A DNA stretch of 64,000 nt from Polyangiales bacterium (GCA_038230375.1 JBBRNJ010000020.1:32001-96000), one strand, 5' to 3'. Counted from the stretch's first letter, positions 43,607 to 55,495 are shown. The notes: a model not told the origin generated them from the sequence alone. Numbers and translations: made by a program.

Positions 43607-44542
43607 CTATGGCGCTAGCACGGTGGGCTCGAGCGAGAAGGTGCAGGAGGCTCGAAACGCTACGACCCGATCCAGGGCCGGGTGAATCAGCTGTCCCACG
43701 TTCGTCATCACGCCCACCTCGGGGCTGACGCGACCCAGGTTCAGGCGCAGTCCAGGGGCGATGACGGCCTCCGCGCGGCGGTCGTCCTGGATGCTGGGAT
43801 CCAGCAAATACAGCTCCGCCAGCTCGACTCCTGGCGAGAACACCTGCCGCACGCGAACGCCGACGTAGAGGGTCGTGATGGTGGAGAGGTTCGAGCGCGG
43901 CGAATGGCCCGCATCGATCGCCCAGTCGACCTGATGGCGAAGCTGCATGGTGACTGGACCGAACACCGCGCGTACGTCGACGGCGGGAAGGACGGTGAGA
44001 GAGCTGGCGCGGAAGGCGTCGTAGTCCCAGGGACGCATGGACGCGAGGACCAGCGAGACGTCCTTCGCCTGGTCGCTGCCATACCTCGCCGTGGGAAGCG
44101 CGACCCCGAGATCGCCTCCGAGCGCCATGCCCTGCGCATGCAGCCAGACGATGCGGCCGCCAGCGATCACGTTTCCCGCCAGGATCTTCGAGCCGGTGTA
44201 CGAAGGACTGGTCGCCGTGCCCGCCTGGTACTCGAGGTGGAAGTAGTAGTTGCGGCTGGCGAGCGGCGACTCCACACGCAGGTGCTGCGCGAGCGCGAAG
44301 ACATCCCTCGCGCCCGTGCCCTCGCGCGCCGACAAGGACGCTCCCCAGGTGTCGATGGCAACGTGCAGGTCGTCGTGCTCGATCTCGGAGAGGGTGATCG
44401 GATCCGTTGCGAGCGCCGCGAGGTCTTCACCGGCACTGGCGGGACGCGCATACGCAAGCATGATCGCGCCCACCGCGATGGCCGCGCCAACCGCGCCGCC
44501 CACACCAGGCACAGCACGGATCTGCTTCTTTATCCTCCGCAT
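43607..44542 (-). CDS. Exported protein, possible outer-membrane beta-barrel
   Basis: Signal peptide ending ASA; alternating amphipathic strands. Confidence 0.55.
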   Translation of the reverse strand: MRRIKKQIRAVPGVGGAVGAAIAVGAIMLAYARPASAGEDLAALATDPITLSEIEHDDLHVAIDTWGASLSAREGTGARDVFALAQHLRVESPLASRNYYFHLEYQAGTATSPSYTGSKILAGNVIAGGRIVWLHAQGMALGGDLGVALPTARYGSDQAKDVSLVLASMRPWDYDAFRASSLTVLPAVDVRAVFGPVTMQLRHQVDWAIDAGHSPRSNLSTITTLYVGVRVRQVFSPGVELAELYLLDPSIQDDRRAEAVIAPGLRLNLGRVSPEVGVMTNVGQLIHPALDRVVAFRASCTFSLEPTVLAP

Positions 44543-44702
44543 CCTGGACAAGAACTACCATGGAGGCAATGCCGTCCGCGGTGATCTGGCGCGGCGAATG
44601 GCCGGTCAAAAGGGCGGTGCCGAACGGGACCATGTCGGTCGCGTACGGCAACCTGCTGCCGATTCTCGCCGCCGCGCTCTACTTCGGATAGAGTCGCCCG
44701 CC

Positions 44703-45374
44703 ATGAAAAACGCTGCACGGAGCTCGCTCGTCATCCTCGCGTCGTTGGTTCCTCTCGCTGGATGCGACAACCCCAGCAGCGGCGGTGCGGGAGCTGCCGC
44801 GAGCGCCAGTGCAATGGCGGCTGCAGCTGCGGCGTCTGCCTCGGTTGCCGCAGCGCCCACGCCCACTCCGAGCGCAGCGCCCAGCGCCGCACCAGAGCCG
44901 CCGCATGACTGCCCCACTGGCTCCGCCGGCATCGGCTCGTTCGCCAGCCCGTGCGACGCGAAGGGCAAGGACCGCATGATGGAGATCACCTGGAAAAAGA
45001 CGGACGACAAGGGTCCTCTCTTCTTCGTGAAGAGCAAGTCCAAGCTCACGGTCCTCTACGGCAAGGTCGCCGTCTACTTCTACGACAAGGCGGGCAAGCA
45101 GCTCGAGGTGAAGGACGAGAATCCGATCGCGAAGCCGCGGCCGTTCCACACGTGCACCGGCGCGCAACTGTTCGGCGGCGAGATGAAGCTCGGCGACAAG
45201 TACGATCTCACCTTCTCCTGCGTGACGAAGAAGAACGTGCCCGAGGGCACGGACAAGATCGAGGCGGAGATCCAGATGGTGGGCTTCTCGGATGCGACCG
45301 GCAAGAAGGTGGACTTCTACTGGCGCAACCCGGACCTCACGCCGGAAGTGCGCCCCAAAGGCGGCGCGAAGTAG
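44703..45374 (+). CDS. Lipoprotein of unknown function
   Basis: MKNAAR..LAGC lipobox; Ala/Pro linker; Cys-containing beta domain. Confidence 0.8.
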   Translation: MKNAARSSLVILASLVPLAGCDNPSSGGAGAAASASAMAAAAAASASVAAAPTPTPSAAPSAAPEPPHDCPTGSAGIGSFASPCDAKGKDRMMEITWKKTDDKGPLFFVKSKSKLTVLYGKVAVYFYDKAGKQLEVKDENPIAKPRPFHTCTGAQLFGGEMKLGDKYDLTFSCVTKKNVPEGTDKIEAEIQMVGFSDATGKKVDFYWRNPDLTPEVRPKGGAK

Positions 45375-46196
45375 TCACACGACGGCGATCACGCCTTCTG
45401 CCAGGGCGCGGGTGAGGATCGCGTGGGTTCGCGCGTGGCCTGGGCGCTCCGCATGCACGTGGCCTCGGAGCACGCCGGTGCGGATGTAGACGTCGCCGAT
45501 GAGGTCGAGCAACTTGTGGCGCGCGGGCTCGTCATCCGCGAAAGCACGACCGTGGTAGAGCGGGTCACGATCCTTGCATAATACAACTACCGACTCGCGC
45601 GGCACCCACGAGGCCACGCCGCGCGCCACGAGCTCCATCACGTCCTCCTCGCGCGAGAAGGTGCGGGCGGGCGCGATGTCGCGCTCGAACGCGGCGGCTG
45701 TGCCGTCCCACGAGGCCTCACGATCGTAGCGAGCGTCGCCGAGCTCCACGCGGACGGAGAGCTTGGTGTCTTGTGCTGGTGTGAACGCGTAGCGGGCGTC
45801 TCCATCGGTCAGTGTCGCTGCGCGCGTGATTCGTGCGTGAACCAGGTCCAGTGCGCGTTCCCCAGCACTCAGCGCCTCGTTCAGGGCGGCCAGCCACGCC
45901 GTTGCGCCGCCATCGAGCAGCGGCAGCTCGTCGGCCGTCACACTGACCGACAGTCCTCCCGTGATGCCGAGCCCGAAGAGCGACGCGGCCAGGTGCTCCA
46001 CCGTGCGCAACGACGCGCCTCCCACGGCAATGGTCGTCGAGCGGAACGCGTGGGTGACCGGGCATCCTGGGAGTGGTCCGCGCTCGCCCGCCACGGACAG
46101 CATCACGCGCGGATCGTTGCTGACCCAGATGGACACGTCCGCGATCTTCCCGAGATGCAGCCCGCGCCCGCTCACGCGCGTGGGCGCGGAGCTCAC
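45375..46196 (-). CDS. lpxC: UDP-3-O-acyl-N-acetylglucosamine deacetylase
   Basis: GRGLH, TVEHL, PLLDG, IAPARTF, RHKLLDLIGD and GH motifs; GTG start overlaps the upstream stop. Confidence 0.85.
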   Translation of the reverse strand: MSSAPTRVSGRGLHLGKIADVSIWVSNDPRVMLSVAGERGPLPGCPVTHAFRSTTIAVGGASLRTVEHLAASLFGLGITGGLSVSVTADELPLLDGGATAWLAALNEALSAGERALDLVHARITRAATLTDGDARYAFTPAQDTKLSVRVELGDARYDREASWDGTAAAFERDIAPARTFSREEDVMELVARGVASWVPRESVVVLCKDRDPLYHGRAFADDEPARHKLLDLIGDVYIRTGVLRGHVHAERPGHARTHAILTRALAEGVIAVV

Positions 46197-46891
46197 TCCT
46201 TCTTCCTTGCCATCAAGGACGAGAGCACAATCGCGAACACGAGCCCGCCCGCACCCCACGCTCCGTAGAGCCAGGAGGGCGGGCCCGGCCCGCGTAGTGC
46301 AACGCCGGTGGCCTGGTCCGCGCTCATGAGCAGCTGCTGCTCCAGGCTCGCGTCGCCGTCAGCGCCGTAGGAGACCGTCAGGAGCGACGTGCCCGTGTCG
46401 TCAGGAAAGAGCATCTGCGCCGTGCGCAGCGGCTGGTTGTCCACGTCGCGCTTTCCCTCGCCCCAGACCACGCCAACGAGCGTGTTGTCACTGCGGGCGT
46501 GGACCTCGTGGCGAACCTCGTTCCAGGTCACCTGCGACTCGCGATACACACCCGGCATCCCGCGCGCGACCTCTCGCAGCTGCGCGTCGTCGATGGAGCC
46601 TCGCTTCTCCGTGTGCGTGAGCGTGAGGCGCGGCGCGAAGCCAAGCACGCGCGGACGCGTCCACATCTTTCCGGGGTTCTGCGCGGGGGTGGGCGAAGCG
46701 GGCGAAGCTTGCTCGCTGGGGACGAATCCTTCGGGCGGCGAATAGGAGAACGGCGCATTCGCGGCGCGCTCGCGCGGATTCGTGAGGCTGGGCCCCGCCA
46801 CGGCGACCGCGATCGATACGCCGAAGAGCAGGCCGCGCGAGAGCTTCTTCTTCTCGGTGTTGCCGGTGGTCTCGGTGTTGCCGGAGGTCAT
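46193..46891 (-). CDS. Membrane-anchored hypothetical protein
   Basis: N- and C-terminal hydrophobic segments. Confidence 0.7.
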   Translation of the reverse strand: MTSGNTETTGNTEKKKLSRGLLFGVSIAVAVAGPSLTNPRERAANAPFSYSPPEGFVPSEQASPASPTPAQNPGKMWTRPRVLGFAPRLTLTHTEKRGSIDDAQLREVARGMPGVYRESQVTWNEVRHEVHARSDNTLVGVVWGEGKRDVDNQPLRTAQMLFPDDTGTSLLTVSYGADGDASLEQQLLMSADQATGVALRGPGPPSWLYGAWGAGGLVFAIVLSSLMARKKE

Positions 46892-46961
46892 GTCGGAGAA
46901 CAGAATCGCACACCCTGACGCGCACGCCCATGGGTGTGCTCGCGCGACCAGGCGATGAGGT

Positions 46962-47308
46962 TCATCTCCTGTACCGCTGGAACAGCTCGACCAGCTCGTC
47001 GATGGTCTCTTCTGCTCTCGTCTTGTCCTTTGCGGTGAGTGCGGCCTTCGCGCAGTGACGGAGGTGGCTTCGCAGGAGCTCGCGCGAGACGCCTCGTAGC
47101 GCCTCCTGCACGGAGTCGATCTGCAAGAGGATGTCCGGACAGTATCGTTCCCCGTCGATCATGCGCGCGAGGCCTCCGACCTGGCCCTGGATGCGCGCCA
47201 GCCGGCGAAGATTCTCGGCCTTGATGTCCACGTCCACGCCGTGCGCATGACGCTCGGACGCGGGTGCTTCTTGCGGCAGCGTCTTCACAGGCTTCTCGAG
47301 CTTCTTCT

Positions 47309-47312
<4 letters not shown>
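46962..47312 (-). CDS. csoR: CsoR/RcnR-family metal-sensing repressor
   Basis: [20 protein letters not shown] and HLRHC (C-H-C Cu(I) ligands). Confidence 0.9.
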
Positions 47313-49529
<2,217 letters not shown>

Positions 49530-49537
<8 letters not shown>

Positions 49538-49727
49538 CGACGCGGTAACCCACGGCGGCAATCGCCTCCTCCACGGTCTTGCGCGCGCCCTCCGTGCCGA
49601 GCTCCACCGAAACGAGGCCGACCTCCACGGCGTGAACCTTCACGTCAGGCAGCGCAGCGAGCGCCTTCTCCACGCGGCGGACACAGGCATCACAGTGCAT
49701 GCCGGAGACACGAATCTCGGTGACCAT
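49530..49727 (-). CDS. copZ: Heavy-metal-associated copper chaperone
   Basis: 65 aa with GMHCDAC; GGAGG RBS. Confidence 0.9.
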
Positions 49728-49745
49728 GGCGAGCCTCCATACGAC

Positions 49746-49770
49746 TAGGGGATACCCCCTACCCCTATAA
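49746..49770. promoter_or_regulatory. Putative CsoR operator
   Basis: TAGGGGATACCCCCTACCCCTATAA: C/G tracts flanked by ATAC/TAT, directly upstream of copZ. Confidence 0.7.
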
Positions 49771-49788
49771 GGCCTCGCCCGGCACTCG

Positions 49789-50595
49789 TCAACGCAGCGT
49801 GTAGTGGTCCACCTCTACGGCGTCGGCGGTGCCCGAGTAGACCGTGAGCGTCGTGGGGGTCGCGTCGTAGCGGATGACCTCCGGGGTGCCACCCGCAATG
49901 GCCGGGCAGGTCTGGGCAAGCGAGTAGCTGAGGGCAGTCGCCGAGGTTGCGGTGGTCGTCGCCGCGCTGACTGTGCCGGCGTGGTCGAACGCGAAGCTCC
50001 ATGTGGATCCGCAGATGAAGAGCTGGCCGCGCGCGCTGCTCGGGACACAACCGGTCTGGTGGAGCTCGACGGCGGAGAGGACATAGGCCCCCTCCGTGAT
50101 GACTCCGCCCGCGGGCATGGGCGGCGCGCCCGTCTTGCAGACGACACCGATCTCGGCGCCGTCGGGCTTGATGCCGTTGCACGTCTGTCCTGCCGCGGGA
50201 GCCGGAGCAGGGCACGACTGCGCTGCGCATGCAGCTCCAGAGCACTTGTCCTTGCAGACGCGGTTTGCGAGATCGCACGAGCGACCGGGGTTGCATTGGG
50301 TCTCGTCGGTACAGCCAGGCTTGCAGGTGTTCGTGGTGAGGTCGCAGTAGGACTCGAGCGCGCATGGGCATGCGCCGCCCGCGCTGCTTCCACCGTCGGG
50401 CTTGCCACCACCGCTGTGAGGATCGCCACCACCGCCTGTGCCGCCGCCTCCTCCATTGATGCCGCCACCGCCATCAGTAGCGGTGGGGTTGGAGCCATCG
50501 GGGACCTTCGTGCCGCTGCACCCCACCAGGAGAAGGAGAGTGGCGAGCGAAGCGACCAAAGGACGAGCGAATGAGGAGCGGAATGCAAAGGGCAT
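49789..50595 (-). CDS. Cys-rich lipoprotein
   Basis: Lipobox LVGC; Gly linker; multiple Cys. Confidence 0.75.
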   Translation of the reverse strand: MPFAFRSSFARPLVASLATLLLLVGCSGTKVPDGSNPTATDGGGGINGGGGGTGGGGDPHSGGGKPDGGSSAGGACPCALESYCDLTTNTCKPGCTDETQCNPGRSCDLANRVCKDKCSGAACAAQSCPAPAPAAGQTCNGIKPDGAEIGVVCKTGAPPMPAGGVITEGAYVLSAVELHQTGCVPSSARGQLFICGSTWSFAFDHAGTVSAATTTATSATALSYSLAQTCPAIAGGTPEVIRYDATPTTLTVYSGTADAVEVDHYTLR

Positions 50596-50680
50596 GATCG
50601 CGCCCTTCCGCAACCCGTGTGCCTGCGCTTTTTCGCAATGATCTCGCCAAGCCGCCGGAACCAATCTTCAACAGGTCGGT

Positions 50681-50902
50681 CTGATGTCGGAAAGAAGGTG
50701 CCGAGCGTCTCTTCGTGGCGACGCCCGCCTGTTTCGGTGAGCCGATACCCCCTCAGGTGAGGACGGCAGGCAGCACGCGTCGCCCCCACTTGCGGACCAG
50801 GGCGCACATGCACCCCGAGATCCAACAGTTCCATGTGGATCATCAGTCACACGGGTGTGACATGGAATCGCGTGAGATTTGCCGGATACGAAGGCCGCAA
50901 AT
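50681..50902. ncRNA. Candidate structured RNA (unassigned) in the intergenic region upstream of the Mo-storage operon
   Basis: Nested complementary segments form a ~145-nt rod with a Y-shaped tip, followed by two further hairpins; no family recognised. Confidence 0.4.
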
Positions 50903-50971
50903 TCGGCGCGTTTATCGATGAGACCAACTTGAAACGACATCGGCATGGTCAGTGCACTTGCCTCCTACACG

Positions 50972-52081
50972 ATGGCAACCAACACTCACCTTCTCACCCT
51001 TGCGACAGTGACCCTGGTCGCTGGCGTCGTGAGCGTGGGTTGTGGCAAGCGCGACGTCTCGCACGTCGCGGCCAGGTCGGTTGCCGCGAGCACCATCGCC
51101 GACGCGCCCGTCGCGCCCGCAGCCGAGGCGCAGCACGGCTCGCGCCGCGTGAAGAACCTCGACGTGCCGGTCCTGGTCGATGGCGAGCAGGTCGCGGTGC
51201 TCCGCACTGGTGAGCTCCCCACGCAGCTCGTCGCGCACGACGACAAGAAGAACGGCGTCGAAGAGGCGCGCTACTTCCGCATCAGCGAGTACCTCACCGC
51301 CATCGGCGTCGACATCTCCAAGATCAAGTCGATTCACCTCCAGGCGAACATGGACCGCGTTGCCTCGATCGAAGGCAGCGAGCTCCGCGCGCAGCCCACG
51401 CGCTTCGTGTTCGACTTCCTCGGCAAGACGAATGGCTCCGTGAAGGCCGCGTGGGACACCACGGGCATGAAGAACACGTTCCACTCTTCCGAGATGTACG
51501 CGGTCAGCATCTTCGTCAACAAGCCCGCCCCCGCGGTCAGCGTCGCGAAGAGCTGCTACCTGGTGGACAGCCACTGTTCGAACGAACTTGCGTACGTCGA
51601 GAAGAAGGTTCCCACGGGCACGCGCGTATACCAGGACGGCAAGCTCGTCGGCATGGCGAAGCGCAAGACACTCACCGACGCGCTCGTCATGGGTCGCGAC
51701 GGCGAGGACGCGAAGTACTCGGTCGCGAAGCTCGCGCAGTCCTTCGGCGCCGACATCACGAACGCGAAGAGCATCGAGCTCCTCCAGGGTGACGACGTCG
51801 TCGCCCGTTTCAGCGCGACCGAGTGGCAGTCCGCTGCCCCCGCGCTCTCCTTCAAACTTCCGCAGCACAATCACGGCAAGATCCGCGTCTTCGTCCCCGC
51901 GAATGTGCAAGCAGCGTCCGACTCGCCCGCAAACCGCGAGGCAACCATCAGCGCGATCGTGATTCACAAGAGCTCTCCCCTCTCGACCCTCGACCTTTCG
52001 CCCATCTCGGATGATACGGCGCCGCAAGCGACCGCTGGCATCGAGGGCTCGCCCACAAACACCAGCGACGAAGGCTCCTGA
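50972..52081 (+). CDS. Lipoprotein with internal duplicated domain
   Basis: Lipobox SVGC; two similar units (VLVDGEQVA..IGVDISKIKSIHL and VYQDGKLVG..FGADITNAKSIEL). Confidence 0.8.
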   Translation: MATNTHLLTLATVTLVAGVVSVGCGKRDVSHVAARSVAASTIADAPVAPAAEAQHGSRRVKNLDVPVLVDGEQVAVLRTGELPTQLVAHDDKKNGVEEARYFRISEYLTAIGVDISKIKSIHLQANMDRVASIEGSELRAQPTRFVFDFLGKTNGSVKAAWDTTGMKNTFHSSEMYAVSIFVNKPAPAVSVAKSCYLVDSHCSNELAYVEKKVPTGTRVYQDGKLVGMAKRKTLTDALVMGRDGEDAKYSVAKLAQSFGADITNAKSIELLQGDDVVARFSATEWQSAAPALSFKLPQHNHGKIRVFVPANVQAASDSPANREATISAIVIHKSSPLSTLDLSPISDDTAPQATAGIEGSPTNTSDEGS

Positions 52082-52127
52082 GCCCGTCGCACAAGATTTT
52101 CATCACCTGATTTCGGAGGATTTCACC

Positions 52128-54050
52128 ATGTCTATCAAGAGAACCCGCATCTTCGCCGCCGCCACCCTCGCCTCTGTTGGCGCGCTCGTATCGAGCCACG
52201 CTGACGCCGGCCCGGCCGCGACGGGCGGCACTGTGCTTCTCCAGACTGCGACCAAGCTGGTCTACGAGGCGCCGGACGGCAAGGTGTCCAAGCAGCAGGG
52301 CGCTGGCGCGATGGACGCGCACCTCGCGACCGATGGCAGCGGCCTCATCTTCATGACCTGGACGCACTCGGTCCCGACGCAGAACCAGGACGGCGCCGGC
52401 ATCCAGGGCGCGATCGCGCTCTACCAGCTCACCGACAAGGGCCTCACCACGGTGAAGGACACCACGGTGCTCCCGACCCTGCAGGGCGAGCGCGACTACA
52501 TGCGCCCGAACGCGGCCGTCGGTACGAAGTTCATGATGACGATCTTCGCGACGGAGGACAACGGCGTCACCAACAACCCGCAGTCGTCCGGCTGGGTCTT
52601 CGACCGCACCGGCGCGATGGTGCCGATCACCAACACCACGCGCGGCCAGGGCAAGGGCGGCGCGGCCGGCCTGCCGACCAACCTCATCACCCTTGGCCTC
52701 AAGGGTCAGAACGACGCGCAGCAGTGGGGCCCCCACAGCGTCTGCCCGATCGGCACGGACGCCGCGACCGGTGGCGATGCCTTCCTCGTTGGTATGCAGC
52801 GCAACAACCAGTCTGCCTGGGTTGCCAAGGTCGTCGTCGCCACGGATGGCGCGGGCGCGAAGGTCACCGTCCCCTTCCTCACCAAGTTCGTGAACAACGC
52901 GCAGCACACGCGCCCGCAGATTGCCTGCCCGCCCCCGGGCGTCACGGATCGCAGCGTCCTCGCCGTCACGTCCGTCGAGGCGAACAACCAGCCCGCCGAC
53001 ATCGGCATCCGCATCGCGACCATCGACACGGCCACCGGCCAGGTCCTGAAGAACGTGCGCGTCCAGCAGGTCGTTCGTGACGCAACCACGGGCAAGACCA
53101 TCCACACGGTGCAGCCGTCGCTCGCGTACATCTCGAAGGACGTCGTTGCCCTCCAGTGGCAGAAGTCCGACAACGCAGCCGCTCGCGGCGGTGGCAACAA
53201 CAACAACGGCAACGGCCACACGGGCGGCGAGAACCTCTCGATGCTCACCAGCTACAAGCTCTCGGACCTCTCCAAGGTCGACGAGTTGGAAGCGGTCGCC
53301 CCCTACCAGCGTCACGGCCGCTCGTTCGGCACGATGTACGGCGCGGGCGAAGGCGCAGCGACCGTCGCGCTGATGGGCGGCTCCTCCACGGGCACCGGCA
53401 AGGGCCTCGTGCAGATGGTCAACGTCGACTCTGCCTCGGGCAAGATCGTCGCGGCCGACCGCACGAAGGACCTCTACAACGTCTCCACGTACTCGGACGT
53501 CGCCGCCCTCCAGGTCCGCGGAAAGCGCAACCCGAACAACCAGGGCTGCGGCTTCCTCAACGGCCTCGGCGGCCTCGCGAACCCGGGCTTCGGCCAGGCG
53601 ACGGGCTTCATGCCCGAGGTGAAGACCTTCACGCTCGCTGCGGTCCCCGGCTACAAGACCGCGGCTGCTCCCGGCACCGGCCAGACCGTCGGCCAGCGTG
53701 AGAGCCTCTACCTCTCGCTCATCCCGGCCACCTGGGATCCGACGAAGCAGACGGCACCTGGTGGCGTCGCGAACTCCGACAACATCCCGACCGGCCCGTC
53801 CCCGACGACCGGTGGCACCACGGGCGGCGGCGGCTCTGGCTCGAACGGCGGCGGCGCGGCAGGCGGCAGCGGCGCGGGCGACATGCCCACGACCGGCTAC
53901 GGCAACCAGCCGGAGATGACGGACGCGAACACCGGCGGCTGCTCGGTGTCGAGCAAGAACGAGAGCACTGGCGGCCTCGCCAGCATCCTCCTCACGCTGG
54001 GCCTCACGATCGCTGGCATCCGTCGCAACAAGAAGTCGGAGGAGAAGTGA
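52128..54050 (+). CDS. Exported protein with C-terminal MYXO-CTERM-like sorting signal
   Basis: GGAGGA RBS; signal peptide ending ADA; Gly-rich linker then GGCSVS..hydrophobic helix..RRNKK. Confidence 0.85.
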   Translation: MSIKRTRIFAAATLASVGALVSSHADAGPAATGGTVLLQTATKLVYEAPDGKVSKQQGAGAMDAHLATDGSGLIFMTWTHSVPTQNQDGAGIQGAIALYQLTDKGLTTVKDTTVLPTLQGERDYMRPNAAVGTKFMMTIFATEDNGVTNNPQSSGWVFDRTGAMVPITNTTRGQGKGGAAGLPTNLITLGLKGQNDAQQWGPHSVCPIGTDAATGGDAFLVGMQRNNQSAWVAKVVVATDGAGAKVTVPFLTKFVNNAQHTRPQIACPPPGVTDRSVLAVTSVEANNQPADIGIRIATIDTATGQVLKNVRVQQVVRDATTGKTIHTVQPSLAYISKDVVALQWQKSDNAAARGGGNNNNGNGHTGGENLSMLTSYKLSDLSKVDELEAVAPYQRHGRSFGTMYGAGEGAATVALMGGSSTGTGKGLVQMVNVDSASGKIVAADRTKDLYNVSTYSDVAALQVRGKRNPNNQGCGFLNGLGGLANPGFGQATGFMPEVKTFTLAAVPGYKTAAAPGTGQTVGQRESLYLSLIPATWDPTKQTAPGGVANSDNIPTGPSPTTGGTTGGGGSGSNGGGAAGGSGAGDMPTTGYGNQPEMTDANTGGCSVSSKNESTGGLASILLTLGLTIAGIRRNKKSEEK

Positions 54051-55015
54051 ACATGAACCGCTACATCGTTCTTGCAGCAGCGTTGGCAGCCGCGGGCCTT
54101 GTGGCGGCGTGCGGAAGTGACAGCTCGGGCTCCCTCGGAAACGGGGAGCCGGGCGGTTACGGCCAGGGTACCGGGACTGGAACCGGCACTGGAACCGGCA
54201 ACGGCAACGGCAATGGCAACGGCAACGGCTCTGGAAACAACAACACCGGCAGCGCCCCGCCTCCGGTCTCCGGTCCCGGCGCCACGACGGGCGCAGCCCA
54301 CCAGTACTTCGACGCCAACGTGTACCCCTCGCTCGAGACCACGTGCGGCGGCTGCCACAATGGCGGCGCTGACGGCGCCCCGAAGTTCATGGTCGCGAGC
54401 GACGCAACGAAGACGTATTCGAACCTCGACGCTCGCGGCGACATCATCGTCGAAGCATCCGCGAGCCAGCTCCTCAAGCAGGGCGCGCACGACAGCGGCA
54501 AGGCGCCGGCGCTCACGGCCGACCAGGTCACGAAGATCAACACGTGGCTCGCTGACGAGGCCATGGAGCGCGTCGGCATGGCCGCCCCGGTGAACGTCCT
54601 CTCGAAGATCGGCTCGTGCCTCGACCAGACCAAGTTCAACGCGATCGGCTTCGAGAAGCTCCTCACCACGCCGCGCAAGACCGAGAACGCGAACACCTGC
54701 ACTGGGTGCAACAACGCGCCCTGCCGCACGTGCCACACCGGCGGTGACGCCGGCTACTACAACGCGATGGGCAGCGGCCTCGACAACACCACGTTCGCCA
54801 AGACCCAGACGGTGCCGTTCATTGCAAAGTACATCGGCCTCAACGGTACGACGCCGGTCGCGTCCAACGCGATCATGACGAAGAGCCAGGCCACGCAGAC
54901 GGGCGCGCCTTACAGCCACCCGATGTTCACCCTCTCGGCGACGCAGCAGACGGCGCTCGATGCCTTCGTGACCGATGCGATCACGAAGTACACGAACAAG
55001 CAGTGCGGTCAGTGA
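54047..55015 (+). CDS. c-type cytochrome lipoprotein (2 CxxCH plus CxxC)
   Basis: Lipobox VAAC; GT/GN repeats; CGGCH, CTGCN and CRTCH. Confidence 0.82.
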   Translation: MNMNRYIVLAAALAAAGLVAACGSDSSGSLGNGEPGGYGQGTGTGTGTGTGNGNGNGNGNGSGNNNTGSAPPPVSGPGATTGAAHQYFDANVYPSLETTCGGCHNGGADGAPKFMVASDATKTYSNLDARGDIIVEASASQLLKQGAHDSGKAPALTADQVTKINTWLADEAMERVGMAAPVNVLSKIGSCLDQTKFNAIGFEKLLTTPRKTENANTCTGCNNAPCRTCHTGGDAGYYNAMGSGLDNTTFAKTQTVPFIAKYIGLNGTTPVASNAIMTKSQATQTGAPYSHPMFTLSATQQTALDAFVTDAITKYTNKQCGQ

Positions 55016-55027
55016 TAGCCTGACGGC

Positions 55028-55492
55028 ATGCGTCCGCAGTTCCTGGTTTTCGGCCTTGGCCTGACGCTTCTTCTTGCCGGCGCGGCCTGTAGCTCCGGCA
55101 GTACGAACAAGCTGTCTGGTGCACCTGGCACCGGTACTTCCGACAACGCTCCGGCGGCTGTGAAGAAGTACGGGTGCCAGAACTGCCACGGGACGGACAT
55201 GAGCGGCGTGACCATCGCGCTCACGATGCAGCCCGATGGCGTGCAGCTCTATCCGCCAAACCTCACTACCGACCAAACAACTGGCATCGGCACCTGGACC
55301 GACGGTCAGCTGGAGTTCGCCATCAAGAATGGCGTCGACAAGGACGGGCTGGTGCTCTGCCCGCAGATGAAGCACTTCTCGCAGATCACCCCGGACGAGA
55401 TGTCCGAGACGATCAAGTTCCTGCGCAGCCTGCCCTCCGTGAAGAAGGACATCCCTGGAAGCATCTGCCCGCCGCTGAAGACGAAGATGTAG
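55028..55492 (+). CDS. Monoheme cytochrome c lipoprotein
   Basis: Lipobox GAAC; CQNCH, PNLT, GIGTWT and CPQM (Met ligand). Confidence 0.88.
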   Translation: MRPQFLVFGLGLTLLLAGAACSSGSTNKLSGAPGTGTSDNAPAAVKKYGCQNCHGTDMSGVTIALTMQPDGVQLYPPNLTTDQTTGIGTWTDGQLEFAIKNGVDKDGLVLCPQMKHFSQITPDEMSETIKFLRSLPSVKKDIPGSICPPLKTKM

Positions 55493-55495
55493 CCA

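Noticed and set aside
50744..50753. Second CsoR operator (GATACCCCCT)
   Set aside because: Only a half-site, ~1 kb from copZ and embedded in the predicted RNA structure.
50826..50846. Hammerhead ribozyme core on the minus strand (CTGATGA followed by a short stem)
   Set aside because: The required GAAA after stem II is absent (reads GGAAC) and the flanking stems do not fit.
50909..50961. ModE box or sigma54 promoter before the Mo operon
   Set aside because: CGTTT-N18-AAACG lacks the TATAT arms and spacing of a ModE box; TGGTCAGTGCACTTGC has GG-N11-GC, one base too long.
50681..50970. Assignment as a canonical Moco, cobalamin, TPP or glycine riboswitch
   Set aside because: Only isolated short matches (CCGAGC, GCCTCC, CTCAGG) occur and not in the expected arrangement, so it is left unassigned.
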